A stretch of DNA of 64,000 bases from Eledone cirrhosa (taxonomy: Eukaryota). The position numbers and the translations under genes were made by a program. Shown in pieces: positions 46,906 through 59,013 of the stretch; position 1 is the stretch's first letter, and each line of letters begins with the position of its first letter. The DNA is taken from contig OZ024741.1 in NCBI GenBank assembly GCA_964016885.1, positions 307,768,001 through 307,832,000 of the forward strand, given 5' to 3'. The notes beneath the pieces were generated by a model. It did no database searches and was not told the origin of the DNA. It saw only the letters and a program-made list of their open reading frames with translations.

Positions 46906-47300
46906 TTAGTTACTCTAATAATGGTTTCTTAAATAGGCACAAGGCCAGTAATTTGGAGGGGGAGGTAAAAGTTGATTTATATCGACTCCAGTGCGTGACT
47001 GGTACTTTATTTTATCAACCCCATAAGGATGAAAGGCAAAGTTAACCTCGGCGGGATTTGCGCTCAGACCATAAAGGGCCGTAACTCTATGTTGCAAAGC
47101 ATGGCGTCCGACCCTCTACCGATACTGGCAATCCACCGCCCTCGTTAGTTACTCTAATAATTGTTTCTACTTTTGGCACAAGGCCAGCAATTACCCAGTG
47201 CATTACTGGAACTTTATTTATCGAACCCGTAAGGATGAAAGGCAAAGTCAACCTCGGCGGGATTTGAACTCAGATCGTTAAGGGACGTAACTATCCTGGA
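46906..47300 (-). mobile_element. Two adjacent SINE family A copies; the first is flanked by a target-site duplication
   Basis: Full copy at ~46923-47144 lies between TTAGTTACTCTAATAAT repeats (46906-46922 and 47145-47161). Truncated copy at ~47157-47300. Confidence 0.85.
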
Positions 47301-47330
47301 AAGCTCTAATAATGAAGAGAAGTGAAACTT

Positions 47331-47378
47331 ATTACTGTTGGAAGCTCCCGGATAGTCCCGGGAGCTTCCAACAGTAAT
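47331..47378. other. Perfect 21-bp-stem hairpin
   Basis: ATTACTGTTGGAAGCTCCCGG-ATAGTC-CCGGGAGCTTCCAACAGTAAT. Confidence 0.9.
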
Positions 47379-47434
47379 GGTTGCATTTTTTAAGGGTATG
47401 TCAATATTTATTTATTAAACTGATCTATATTGTA

Positions 47435-47495
47435 TTTTATCTGATGAAAGCACACCATAATTTAACTTGGTGTCCTTGAAATATGTATAATGAAA
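47435..47495 (+). ncRNA. Type I minimal hammerhead ribozyme motif
   Basis: UUUUAU-CUGAUGA-AAGCACACCA-loop-UGGUGUCCUU-GAAA-UAUGUA-UA-AUGAAA. Confidence 0.8.
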
Positions 47496-47624
47496 TAAAT
47501 ATGGTTTTATAAATATAGTTTCCATTTGTTAATATCGTATGTTTACTCCAAATATTTGTTGAGTGCTTTATATCAGTTATAAAAATATTTGCTTGTTGTA
47601 TCCCAACAATTTAAATAGAACTTT

Positions 47625-47658
<34 letters not shown>

Positions 47659-47716
47659 TGTATATATATTCATATTCATATGTAAATGAGGGGAGGCTGC
47701 TTGTTATATTCATGTA

Positions 47717-47835
<119 letters not shown>

Positions 47836-48120
47836 CTTCCTTGATCTTTGACATATTAATCGCATTTCTGAAATATAAGCTGGTGTCAAACGTAGAGAAG
47901 CAGGCAAGAAGTAATGAAAGACACAACACAGCTGCTATCTACTCAAATTATTTGTGTGACACTCTTATGAAGGTTAATGATATGAATAACTAATTGTGCT
48001 TGCCTATATCTGTGTGTGAGTGTGTAATTTTAAACAATGATAAACATGCTTATATAAAGAAAATATACATGAGAAACAATAACACATGATTTATCTGTCT
48101 CTCCACGTTCATTAACTCTC

Positions 48121-48168
<48 letters not shown>

Positions 48169-48435
48169 CTTATGCATATACATATATGTAAATACATATA
48201 CATATATACATACAAGCTTAAATACATAATATAAATTCTCGCCACACACACTCAAACTACACGAGCAAGTTCGGCAATACACATTTCTCAGATGCACAGT
48301 GTTGACTTTAAGACCTAGTTTATCTCACCTTTGTAATCCTGGGTGCCAACCATAAATATACTACACACATATATGTATATACATAGATAGATAAATATAG
48401 ATATAGATATAGATATAGATATAGATATAGATATA

Positions 48436-48730
48436 CAGTTGTCCCTCGGTTTTAGCGGTGTTACGTTCATAGAGCACTCGCGTACATTGGACGAGGTCTA
48501 TAAAAATGCCTATAAACGTCAAAATATAACATATAATATATTATGCGAAGGAGCGCCTAATAGGCCGGCAAATACGGTATATTGTTATTAATAAGTTAAC
48601 GTTGAAAAATATATATTGTCACAAAAAAAGACATGAAAAATCGCAAAAGTCTTTTACGATTCAGCGAATATGCGGTGGTTTCCACGAATAATTATTTGTT
48701 AGGTTCTAAGGAAAATTCCGCGAATAGCCG
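48436..48730 (+). mobile_element. Tigger/pogo-like DNA transposon end
   Basis: TA|CAGTTGTCCCTCGGTTTAGCGG start plus repeated CGCGAA-like subterminal motifs; no matching right end found. Confidence 0.5.
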
Positions 48731-48858
48731 TTCGAAACTGGTTAGACTATTACTCAACACTGTACTCGATACTTGGGGTAGTAGAGTATGGTTATATTAT
48801 AAAGAGTCGGGAACTAGCTTTTGAAACGGCTAAAGCTCAGCCGTTGGGGCTCTAGTCT

Positions 48859-48914
<56 letters not shown>

Positions 48915-48919
<5 letters not shown>

Positions 48920-49721
48920 GTTTACATATATATATAAAGTCATAAATATATATGTGTTTTGCAACGGGTCACTTTGTGGCTCAATGAAGAATTAATAAAT
49001 TAAATAATCAGAGCTATATATCATAAAACATGTCTATAGAATCGCCAGATAAAACATATACCGTTTCCTCTCCCAATTAGTATAATTAACCATATAAAAA
49101 ATCAATTAGACCAAGCTATAAGAATAAAGGCTCCTATGAAGAAATCTGTGACAAATAACCGAAAGCAGCCCCTTCGCGGCGGTTACGACAGATTATTTAT
49201 CGAATATTTCTACAGCATGTATAAATCGACCAGATATACAGTCAACTAAACAGAATTAGGTGTAAAATAAACTAGAAGAAAAGTGTACATATTTAATTAC
49301 CTCTACCATGGTTTCATCCGCATTTTAAGACATCCGATAACATTGGAAATCTAGAGCTTCGGATTCTTCAGGAAGTTAGCTAAAATTTAGACAATTAATT
49401 TTCCAAAGTGATCGCGCCAAGAATACATTAAAAAATGGCTAAGAATCGTGACGTGGCAGCGGTCAAGTTAGAAAGGATGTGATTAATTGCTTACGGCTGG
49501 TAGGCTTTTTGCTAGAAAGCACAGCCCAATACAGCCAAAATTGTATCTCAACCTAACGGAAGGTTATTACATATAAAGGTTTACATATATATATAAAGTC
49601 ATATAGACATGTTTTATGATATATATAGTTCTGATTATTTAATTTATTAATTCTTCATTGAACCACAAAGTGACCCGTTGCAAAACACGTATATATTTAT
49701 GACTTTATATATATATGTAAA
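48915..49721. mobile_element. Inverted-repeat-bounded unit containing a hammerhead
   Basis: 48921-49038 is the near-perfect reverse complement of 49602-49721. A 30-bp direct copy of 48915-48944 lies at 49574-49603. Confidence 0.75.
49299..49376 (-). ncRNA. Type I hammerhead ribozyme motif with a large stem II loop
   Basis: Minus strand: ACUUC-CUGAAGA-AUCCG-(39 nt)-CGGAU-GAAA-CCAUGG-UA-GAGGU. Stem III is the palindrome ACCAUGGU; GUA cleavage triplet. Confidence 0.8.
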
Positions 49722-49722
49722 T

Positions 49723-49985
49723 CACACGCTGGCCACAACGACCCCCAGTTGCACCGTGCTGAGTTGCTCGCCTAGCACAGGTGCAATAGACTTACAGATC
49801 ATTTGGGCTTTGAGCCTCCGGAAAATGTTACCATCGACTTTCTTCCTGAGAGCGGTGAGGCGGGCCTAAAAAGAAAAATTGCCTCGGGTATTAGGGTCCA
49901 GGTCGCCGTGAATGAATCTGTTGGTGAGGGCTCAGCAGGCTGTACCCAGCTTCGGCAGTTTTGTCCTTTAGCTCATTTCCTTGTA
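49723..49985 (-). pseudogene. CRE-clade reverse transcriptase N-terminal fragment
   Basis: KTAEAGYSLLS/NRFIHGDLDPNTRGNFSF*ARLTALRKKVDGNIFRRLKAQMICKSIAPVLGEQLSTVQLGVVV matches the CRE pattern GARLTALRKKDGG.RPIAVG..FRRL...QLGVG, with RPIA deleted. Confidence 0.75.
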
Positions 49986-50071
49986 GGAGATTATTGAGAG
50001 TTTTTAACTTGAACTTTTGATTTTCTATATATATATGAGTGTGTGTGTGTGAAAAATATAGTTATATATAA

Positions 50072-50118
<47 letters not shown>

Positions 50119-50227
50119 TGTATGTAGAGTATATTTGGCTATATACTGTATGTTTAATTAAAAACATTTAGAAGACCGTTCGCTATCATTTTTAAAGTAG
50201 TGACTATGTCACTTACTTATATTTCCA

Positions 50228-50313
50228 GCAAAGGCTGGTAGAGTGGCTGACAGCTGTTTCTCGCTGCTTGGCGTTTATCAAATTATCAAAGCTACGCACT
50301 CACCAGCCTTTGC
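50228..50313 (-). ncRNA. Decayed hammerhead with a long stem I
   Basis: GCAAAGGCUGGUGAGUG...GCU-UUGAUAA-...-GAAA-CAGCUG-UC-AGC-CACUCUACCAGCCUUUGC. The first core segment is mutated relative to CUGAUGA. Confidence 0.55.
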
Positions 50314-50403
50314 CGAAAATTATAGAAGCTGGATTCTTATAGAATTCCAGTAATATTCAGGAGCTGATTACACAGAGCGATTGCCGGTCCAGCAAAAATA
50401 AGG

Positions 50404-50471
<68 letters not shown>

Positions 50472-50504
50472 CAAATCTATTTATCTATAAAACTGTCTAT
50501 ACTG

Positions 50505-50570
50505 TATTTTGTCTGAGGAAGGCATAGCATATTGTTAATATGATATCCCTGAAATATATATAATGAAATA
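50505..50570 (+). ncRNA. Type I minimal hammerhead ribozyme motif (same family as 47435)
   Basis: UAUUUUGU-CUGAGGA-AGGCAUAGCAUAUU-GUU-AAUAUGAUAUCCCU-GAAA-UAUAUA-UA-AUGAAAUA. The downstream ~45 bp is shared with 47490-47540. Confidence 0.8.
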
Positions 50571-50610
50571 AATATGGTTTTATAAATATAGTTTCCATTT
50601 ATTTAATATC

Positions 50611-50730
<120 letters not shown>

Positions 50731-50849
50731 TAAAATGGTCAGTATTTATATTTTGAGCTTGTTAATTACAGGGTATCAGTATGAGTTATTAACTCTGCCT
50801 TTTATTTGTACATATATATACGTATGTATATGTATATATATATATATAC

Positions 50850-51170
50850 GGGATAACAGGTTATGGTTATAGGCAGTCCACTTAGAGGTAGTCAAGTTAG
50901 AGCACTCCGTGTAGTGGATAGTATTAACGTGTGGCTTAGTTTGAGTCAACAAGACGTTTCCATAGTGATGCTGCGAGTTCGCGGTGATTTCTATGTAGTT
51001 TACACTTGGAGTAATAATAAATCAAGAGAGAAGAGTGACATGGTTCGTTATACAATAAGGGCTTTATTCACATTGCTGACAATTGTTTCTTTGATCTGGT
51101 AGGTCTAGAGTTCGCTACCCGCCTGATTTTGCGTCAATCGATCTCCAATACTTTGTTTATAACCAGTCGT
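50850..51170 (+). repeat. Dispersed repeat family inserted in (TA)n; paralogue at 58418-58660
   Basis: Shared GGGATAAC..GTTAT.GTTATAGG, GTGGATAGT.TTAACGT, TCAACAAG..GTTTCCATAGT and AGTAATAATA. Confidence 0.75.
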
Positions 51171-51171
51171 T

Positions 51172-51234
<63 letters not shown>

Positions 51235-51467
51235 TTGACAGATTCGTTAGGCCATCGGCATTTGTTCCGGTTCATTGCGATCACTGTTCAAATCGTTTCA
51301 TCATCAAGGTCTTTAAATGAATTACCAGTTCAGTACTGGCTTTCATCCACCATCTGTCTTACTCTCTAGAAGAAATCGGCTCCGCCATTTTTTAAACGCT
51401 CAAAATATGTCTTGCTTCATGACGGTGACCCGAAGTGTCCATTAATATTCAGAGCTGATATATATGT

Positions 51468-51582
<115 letters not shown>

Positions 51583-51779
51583 AGTATTTGTGCGTGTGTT
51601 TATATGAATTGTATATACGAATATATGTATTGCTTGTATATATGTGAATATATGAATATATATATATATGTGTGTGTGTTTGTGTGAATATATATATATA
51701 TATATTCACATATATGAATATGAATATATATATATATATATCTTGCAAGCAGGGAAAAGCGAACGTAAAATGATGATGA

Positions 51780-51855
<76 letters not shown>

Positions 51856-52023
51856 ATTATTCGGTTATTTCTTTATAACACAGTCCAGTCCATCTCTAAA
51901 TAAACATAGCACTCAAATTAACAAACTATTCGGTACATTTTCTTGTCCATATGCCACTTGCGTCACATGAATACGTTTATGGCAGTTACAGTTGTCCAGG
52001 TGGCGTTACTGAAGTGTTAAATG

Positions 52024-52058
52024 AGAAGAAGAAGAAGAAGAAGAAGAAGAAGAAGAAG

Positions 52059-52088
<30 letters not shown>
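52024..52088. repeat. (GAA)n microsatellite
   Basis: Pure trinucleotide run that gives the poly-K/R/S ORFs. A (CTA)n run at 43561-43613 behaves likewise. Confidence 0.95.
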
Positions 52089-52089
<1 letters not shown>

Positions 52090-52374
52090 TGTATGTTTTT
52101 CTTTTTTTTTTTTACTTTCCTTTTTTGTTCGTTTGTGTGTAAACGGAGTAACATCGTGGGAAGAAGCGACGAGAGTATGGAGCGTTATTTGACATTGTCG
52201 TGAGAACAATAAACCAAACTATGACACTCATGTTCGTGGTGGCAATATTCTTCACACTTTACTTGACCTCTATTGTGTTTGAGGAAGGGATCCATATTGT
52301 CGTTGTTTCAAGTTCTTTTCTCTTTCAAATTGCGTCTTCTTTTATTTTTGTTGTATCTATCTCTATGAGTGTGG

Positions 52375-52439
<65 letters not shown>

Positions 52440-52451
52440 TTCTCCACTCTC

Positions 52452-52657
<206 letters not shown>

Positions 52658-52715
52658 TATGTATATATATATATATATATACATATATATGTATATATAT
52701 ATATATATATACATA

Positions 52716-52819
<104 letters not shown>

Positions 52820-52823
52820 TATA

Positions 52824-53027
52824 TAAAATAAAGTTAAATAAAAGTCAAATGATTAAAATTTAGCTTCGTTTATTACTGCTATATATATTTCAGTGACAGC
52901 CATCTTTGGCTGTGACCTCTTCAGGCCTGAAGAGGTCACAGCCAAAGATGGCTGTCACTGAAATATATATAGCAGTAATAAACGAAGCTAAATTTTAATC
53001 ATTTGACTTTTATTTAACTTTATTTTA
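52824..53027. repeat. Perfect 204-bp spacerless palindrome made of two head-to-head hammerhead motifs
   Basis: Centre TCAGG|CCTGA at 52925/52926. Each arm reads GC-CUGAAGA-GGUCACAGCCA-AAGA-UGGCUGUCACU-GAAA-UAUAUA-UA-GCAGU outward. Same family as 3598-3652. Confidence 0.92.
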
Positions 53028-54179
53028 CACTACTCCGGAGTAACCAAACCAACCTGCGCACTTCGTCGAGTGCTCCAGCCTGCATACTGAGGTGTTGGTA
53101 TACAACCAACATAAACTCAAAATCTACATATATATATATATATATATAACCTTGTAATTATAAGTATTTATATATTTTATGCCAATTTTTAAAATATATT
53201 ACATTATGATATAGATCCTTATTACTTACCGTGTATTATATATAACATTATGATATTTAAACTTTATATATCATGTAAGATGTCTGGATTTTTTTATATT
53301 TTAATATTGTAATATGTAACATTATGATATTTAGACTTTACATATTATGTTAGATGTCTGTATATTTTTTTCTGTAACATCATATTTTTTCTGTAACATC
53401 ATAATTGTTCCCTGTACCAATATAGTTTTTTTTAGTATTATTGTATTATATTATATGATTTATATTTCCTCATTTATTATGTAACCCAGTATGAATCATT
53501 TTGTACATATTGTTTATGGTAATTGTTAATATAATGTTAACATTTTATCATTGTATTTCACTGTGACATCTATATTGTTTCTGTAAATTAACCGGGGATT
53601 ATCTATTCTACTTTATTATATTGTATTGAATTATATAATTTTGTTGTTTATTATTTGTTATAAGTGTTTCTTGTAATTATATCATATTATTGCCTCATGT
53701 ATATTGGGTAGATGTATTAGTATTATTTTCACTATTACCATGCTTACTTTTAATATTCAAACTTCTAATAGGGCTTAATTTTCTGTGTAATAGAAAATAG
53801 ATATGCGTATTGTAATATGTGTGTGTGTGTGTGTGTGTGTGTGCGCACATATATACATGTATATATTGTACCTTTTGATTTTTAATTTGGAATTTTAATG
53901 TTGGTATAAATATATTATTATTATAATGTATTATATTGTGTTATATATAATTCCTGCTTTATATAACCAAATTTGTTTAGATTTAAGTTGGTGGCTTTGG
54001 ACTATATTTGTAATATGGTTCTTAATGTTATCTACATCCTTAGTTATTATAATTTTATTATTTTTATCTTTATTTTCATTTTTATTATCGTATATCTTTG
54101 CAAGACATTAGTGTATGTACACTCCATATTCTTCAGGGTTTCTGGCTTGTATCTGCCGAAATTACCTCTTGTTGTTTTG

Positions 54180-54224
54180 ATTGCCCTGATGAGTCCTTAA
54201 TAGGACGAAACATTGTCGGCTAAT
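54180..54224 (+). ncRNA. Type I minimal hammerhead ribozyme motif (canonical GUC site)
   Basis: AUU-GCC-CUGAUGA-GUCCU-UAAU-AGGAC-GAAAC-AUU-GUC-GGC-U-AAU, followed by AATAAA. Confidence 0.9.
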
Positions 54225-54367
54225 AAAAACTTTTGATGTATTAAAGGATTCTTTGTTTTACTCTCTTAATTTTTTGGCTCTGTTTAACTGCATTGAGCTA
54301 TACCTTTTACTGTCATTTCTATAATACGAAGAGGGTGTTTGACTCAAACACGCTCCAGTATTCTAAT

Positions 54368-54417
<50 letters not shown>

Positions 54418-54928
54418 ATATTGTATATGCTCTACTATGCATTGAGTACCTTACTTACTGTTGTTTCCCCCGATTGAACACGGGATACACACACACATAC
54501 ACACATATATATGTATGCATGTATGTATGTGTTAGTGTACGTGTGTTCAGCTTCTATTACAACTATAGTGGAGTTAAGTTTGGTCTCTGCTGGTATCACG
54601 GACTTGTTCCATCACTGGAATTTAAGACTGAACTAATTCGCTACGTCAGTCCTGATTACGTAGACTTTCTTCATTTTTTTTTTTTTCGGAAATAACACTT
54701 GGTTTCTGTAAGTGATGTTTTGGTAATGCTCACAGGGCGTAGCGACGAAACTGTACGGTTCGGAGCATTCTTTGCGTCCCCACACAAATCCCTTCAACCC
54801 CTATATAACTTATTGTGTACATCTGATATACAAATTCGTATTTACAACATAGGATTTTTGTAAAATCATTGAGAGAATGGTTAGGGACGATCTTAGACTA
54901 AATCTAATTTTCTGGCTCGTTATAATTA

Positions 54929-54971
<43 letters not shown>

Positions 54972-55075
54972 TTTTGCGAGGTTTGTGATATGAAATCGTG
55001 TGTCGAAACAAATATTGTTATACTTGGAGAGGGTCATATTTGTGTAATAATATTGCCAGAATTAATAACAGAAGA

Positions 55076-55153
55076 CATCGTTCAGCAGTTTTGGCACCAT
55101 CTTCGCTCAGACTTTCCGCATGTCCAAATCTTCAGTGAGAATCTTCCAGACGC
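55076..55153 (-). other. 78-bp exact inverted copy of the mariner segment 59471-59548
   Basis: Base-for-base reverse complement, including the in-frame TGA of GTCTGAGCG. Confidence 0.92.
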
Positions 55154-55154
55154 A

Positions 55155-57366
55155 GACCAGAGGTCCAACAACTTGGGAGGAAACCTGTAGAAGGCTTGGT
55201 TAGCCTCAAGCAGCGCACAAAGGATGGTGAGGTAGTATGTCTACCCACGGATAAGTCTGGTAGGATGTCAATACACAGCATGCCGAACTACATCAAGGCT
55301 ATGCAACCCCACATCACCAACACGAGCGAAATTGCACAGCAAATACATGATGGGAGAGAGAAAATCCTCATCGCTCACATGATGATGTGGACCGACATCA
55401 TAAAGCCAAGCAGACGCACTGCCAACAACTTCCAGGCGTCTAACAATGACATATCACCCTTGTATGGGCTCCGCAAAGACCACAAGACAGTCGACGACCC
55501 GACAAAAGGACCACCAACAAGATCTGTATGCGGAGCAAATATAGCTAGCGACTACAGGATCTCCTACTTCCTCTCAATGACTATACGCCCCATAATCAAG
55601 ATGTCCCCAGATGTATGTGACAGTACAGAGGCCTCCTCAGCAGAATCAGTGAGTGCAACAAAAACAGGAATCTATCCAACTGCATATTAGGCAGCATGGA
55701 TGTGGTATCACTGTACCCATCCATTAACATTGATTTTGCTGTGGGAAAATGTGTGGAGATGATCATTGAGAGTGAGGTGGAGTTCTGCGACGTCGACACA
55801 GACGAACTGGGCCTCCTACTTAGACTTACCTACGACACTGACTACCTAGACAGCCATGACCTTAGACGTTTCTGCCCCAGTAGACCCATAAGGGGTAGAC
55901 CCCCACCATAACCTCAATGGCAAAAAATACTCCCATGGGAAGGTGGATTGGGTGGACCAAAACTATACGGATCCCCAAAACAATGATCAGGTAAGAAAAA
56001 TGGTCGCACATGCAATAGGGGCTAGTATCAAAACTACCCTAAAGGGCCACATATTCAAGTTCAACGAGAAGATCTACACCCAAAATGAGGGAGCAGCCAT
56101 TGGCGTCAGCATAGCTGGTGACGTTGCCAACCTTTTTATGGTATGGTGGGAAAGGAGACTCAAAGATCCCCTTCATGAGAGCTCCATAGACCTCATCATG
56201 TACTCTCGTTACGTAGACGACATCAATATAGTAATAAGGACATCCCCACAAGAGAGCACTAACAAGTTTGATTTAGAACGTAGAACAATGGAAAGCATCC
56301 AGCAGATAGCTAATTCCATACACCAGAGTATAACTGTAACTATCGACTACCCTTCCAAACACCCTAACTATAGACTACCTGTATTAGACACGGAACTCTG
56401 GATTAACACTATAGACGAGAGAGCCCAAATTCTCCACTCACGCTATGATAAACCCATGGCCTCCAAATACCTGATACTCAAAAACTCAGCAATGTCCAGT
56501 AGTGCTAAGTTTAATATTCTGATCGCAGACATGGTACGAATGATGAAGAACGTGTCCCGCATGTGCGACCCAACAGAAATGGAAAGACACATCCAACACT
56601 TCATCAACCGCATGCAGTTCTCTGGCTACAACCAAAGAGACAGAATCAGAGTACACGAAAGAGCCACGGAGAAGTATAAGACCCTCATAGAACTGGACAT
56701 GAAAGGAATTTGCCCATTATACAGGAGCAAATCATGGAATAGCTTAGATAGGACTAAACATAAGATAGGGAAAGCCACCTCATGGTACGAAACCAGAGAT
56801 ACCAGAGTGTCATGTTTGTGGACGCTACCCCTGGAGGGAAATTAGCTAACCAGTGTATAAAGGCCCCGAGAAAGACTCACTTAAACATTAAGGTGGTAGA
56901 AAAGCCAGGAACCACCATAAAATCCCTGATCAGCAAAACCTACCCTTTTAAGAAAACCCACTGTACCAATAGGAAATGTATCATATGTAAAGTAAACCCC
57001 CGGATAAACTGTAAAACTAGAAACGTAGTCTATAGCATAAGATTTACAGAGGGTACTTGCAGAAACATGACAACAACATACATAGGTGAGACAGCTCGTA
57101 GCATAGGTGAAAGGATAGAGCACCACTGGGAGGAACTAAAAGGACGAAAAAACGGTTCTGTCCTATACGAACATGCTAGACAACAACATGACGGTAACAT
57201 AGACAACATAGAAATTAAAATAATATCTAAACATAGAAATGACCCAGCAGATAGGCAAATCAGAGAGGCCACCGAAATAGAACTTAGAAAGCCAAGGCTA
57301 AACAGAAAAAATGAATGGAATAACAACAACACCCAAACAAACAACACTGACCTAAGAGAAGTATAA
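55155..57366 (+). pseudogene. PLE polyprotein: reverse transcriptase plus GIY-YIG endonuclease, frameshifted
   Basis: PTDKSGR, LYGLRKDHK, GSMDVVSLYPSI, QNEGAAIG, RYVDDI, LPVLD, a C-x4-C-x2-C linker, VVYSI...YIGETARSIGERIEHH and RQIREATEI..KPRLN. Split over four ORFs by frameshifts near 55630, 55905-55970 and 56797. Confidence 0.92.
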
Positions 57367-57618
57367 ATAAATAAATAAATACATACATACACAAGCACAA
57401 TAACAAGAAACACATATAAACACACACTAGTAAACTAAGATAGAATACAATAACCAATACAGTCACCCAAACACGAACACACATCAATCAAAACACTATA
57501 CACACACGCAAACGCATGCGCAAAGAAGACAAAAAAAAAACAAATAAATAAATAAATAAATAAACAGACTAAATAAAGATGGCGTAGGCATACAATGCAA
57601 CGGGAGGAAACATAATAG

Positions 57619-57662
57619 CACCACTGACGATGTTGCAGATGTGCAACGAAAGAACTTTGTTG
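57619..57662 (+). ncRNA. Minimal hammerhead in the PLE 3' terminal region
   Basis: CACCA-CUGACGA-U-GUUGCA-GAUG-UGCAAC-GAAA-GAAC-UU-UGUUG; stem I has one mismatch. Confidence 0.8.
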
Positions 57663-57859
57663 GAACTATATATATGTATTTGTGTCTATATTGTATCTGT
57701 ATTTTTTACCGTTGGTCAGTCAATGGTAACATTGAGGACCGAATAAATTAAATTAACCGATATAAAGGACACAGAAGCGAAAACCAGCCAAACAGTGAGT
57801 GTGTTCTGTTATTAATTCTGGCAATATTATTACACAAATATGACCCTCCCCAAGTATAG

Positions 57860-57921
<62 letters not shown>

Positions 57922-57959
57922 CGACGGGGCATTATAACAACATTATAACAACATACAAG

Positions 57960-58150
57960 GGCGGTGAATTGGCAGTATCGGTAGAGGGTTGGACGCCATG
58001 CTTTGACGCATAGAGTTACGGCCCTTTGCATTCTGAGTTCAAATCCCGCCGAGGTTAACTTTGCCTTTCATCCTTATGGGGTCGATAAAATAAAGTACCA
58101 GTAATGTACTGGGTAATTGCTGGCCTTGTGCCAAAAGTAGAAACAATTAT
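57960..58150 (+). mobile_element. Full-length tRNA-derived SINE family A
   Basis: A box TGGCAGTATCGG, B box GAGTTCAAATCC, body TTTGCCTTTCATCCTTATGGGGTCGATAAAATAAAGTACCAG, tail GAAACAATTAT. At least ten related copies in the window. Confidence 0.9.
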
Positions 58151-58279
58151 AACAACATACTGCTTCGTTCGTCTCTGGTTCAAAACCATAAACACACTTT
58201 TTTTCTTCTCTGTTTTTTCTTTGCTTGTTTCCTTAAAGTTTACCATCATTCAAGTTGGTATAGATATATTATGCAATTC

Positions 58280-58335
58280 ACACCTGAAGATGTCACCGGG
58301 TTCTTACGCAACCTGGCCACTGAAATGTGCAGTGT
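58280..58335 (+). ncRNA. Hammerhead-like motif with a mutated cleavage site
   Basis: ACAC-CUGAAGA-(stem II with GGGUU/AACCU)-GAAA-UGUG-CA-GUGU; U16.1 is replaced by C. Confidence 0.5.
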
Positions 58336-59013
58336 TTGCAAAAATAAATAATTAAGGAAATTCAACATATTTGGCCTATTGTCAATTTAGTATATATATA
58401 TATACATATATGGTATGGGATAACTAGTTATCGTTATAGGTAATCCAGTTAGAGGGTATGAGTACCCTGTGTCGTGGATAGTTTTAACGTACGGCTTTGT
58501 TTGACTCAACAAGCTGTTTCCATAGTTAGGCCTCAAGTTCGCGAGAATTCCTATGCAGGTTATACTTGCAGTAATAATAGTGAAAGATTGAAGAGTAACA
58601 TGGTCGGCTGTACACATATTACTCTTCAATCTTTCCCTATATATGTCAGACGTCTGTCTTTTCTCTCGCCCACACAATCTTGAACTTAAGTTCTCTCATC
58701 GTGTGGTCTTGGATTTTCTTACCTTAAGTTGCTCGCACATTGCTCGATTTGTTTGTTTTTTTCGTTGTTTGTTCGCTGTTTTCTCTTTTCTTCCCTTTTG
58801 TTTTCCTTCCCTCCTCCGTTTTCCCAATAACTTATCCAGTTATTGACGCTCTGGGTGGTAGCTATATTGTCTTTAAAGCCTAGAAATATCCGAGACCCAA
58901 GTAGACAACTGATGAGGAACCCCCCTCCCATACTTGCTTTTTTCTTATTCCCACTCCATTTTAAGCTACCTTAAATAGCAACTACACAGCCATTTCTATT
59001 CTCCATATATATA

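Larger units (their letters stand above)
54970..57863 (+). mobile_element. Penelope-like retroelement, 5'-truncated, with an inverted terminal segment
   Basis: RT and GIY-YIG coding remnants, 3' hammerhead, 55012-55073 the reverse complement of 57804-57864, and (TA)n on both flanks. Confidence 0.9.

Noticed and set aside
54725-54769. AATGCTC...GAAACTGTACGGTTCGGAGCATT hammerhead-like hairpin
   Set aside because: Stem I and a palindromic stem III are present but CUGANGA is missing; at best a relic, as are similar cases near 36085-36136 and 53088-53125.
57960-58050. tRNA gene
   Set aside because: The A/B boxes belong to a multi-copy SINE head and no cloverleaf can be formed.
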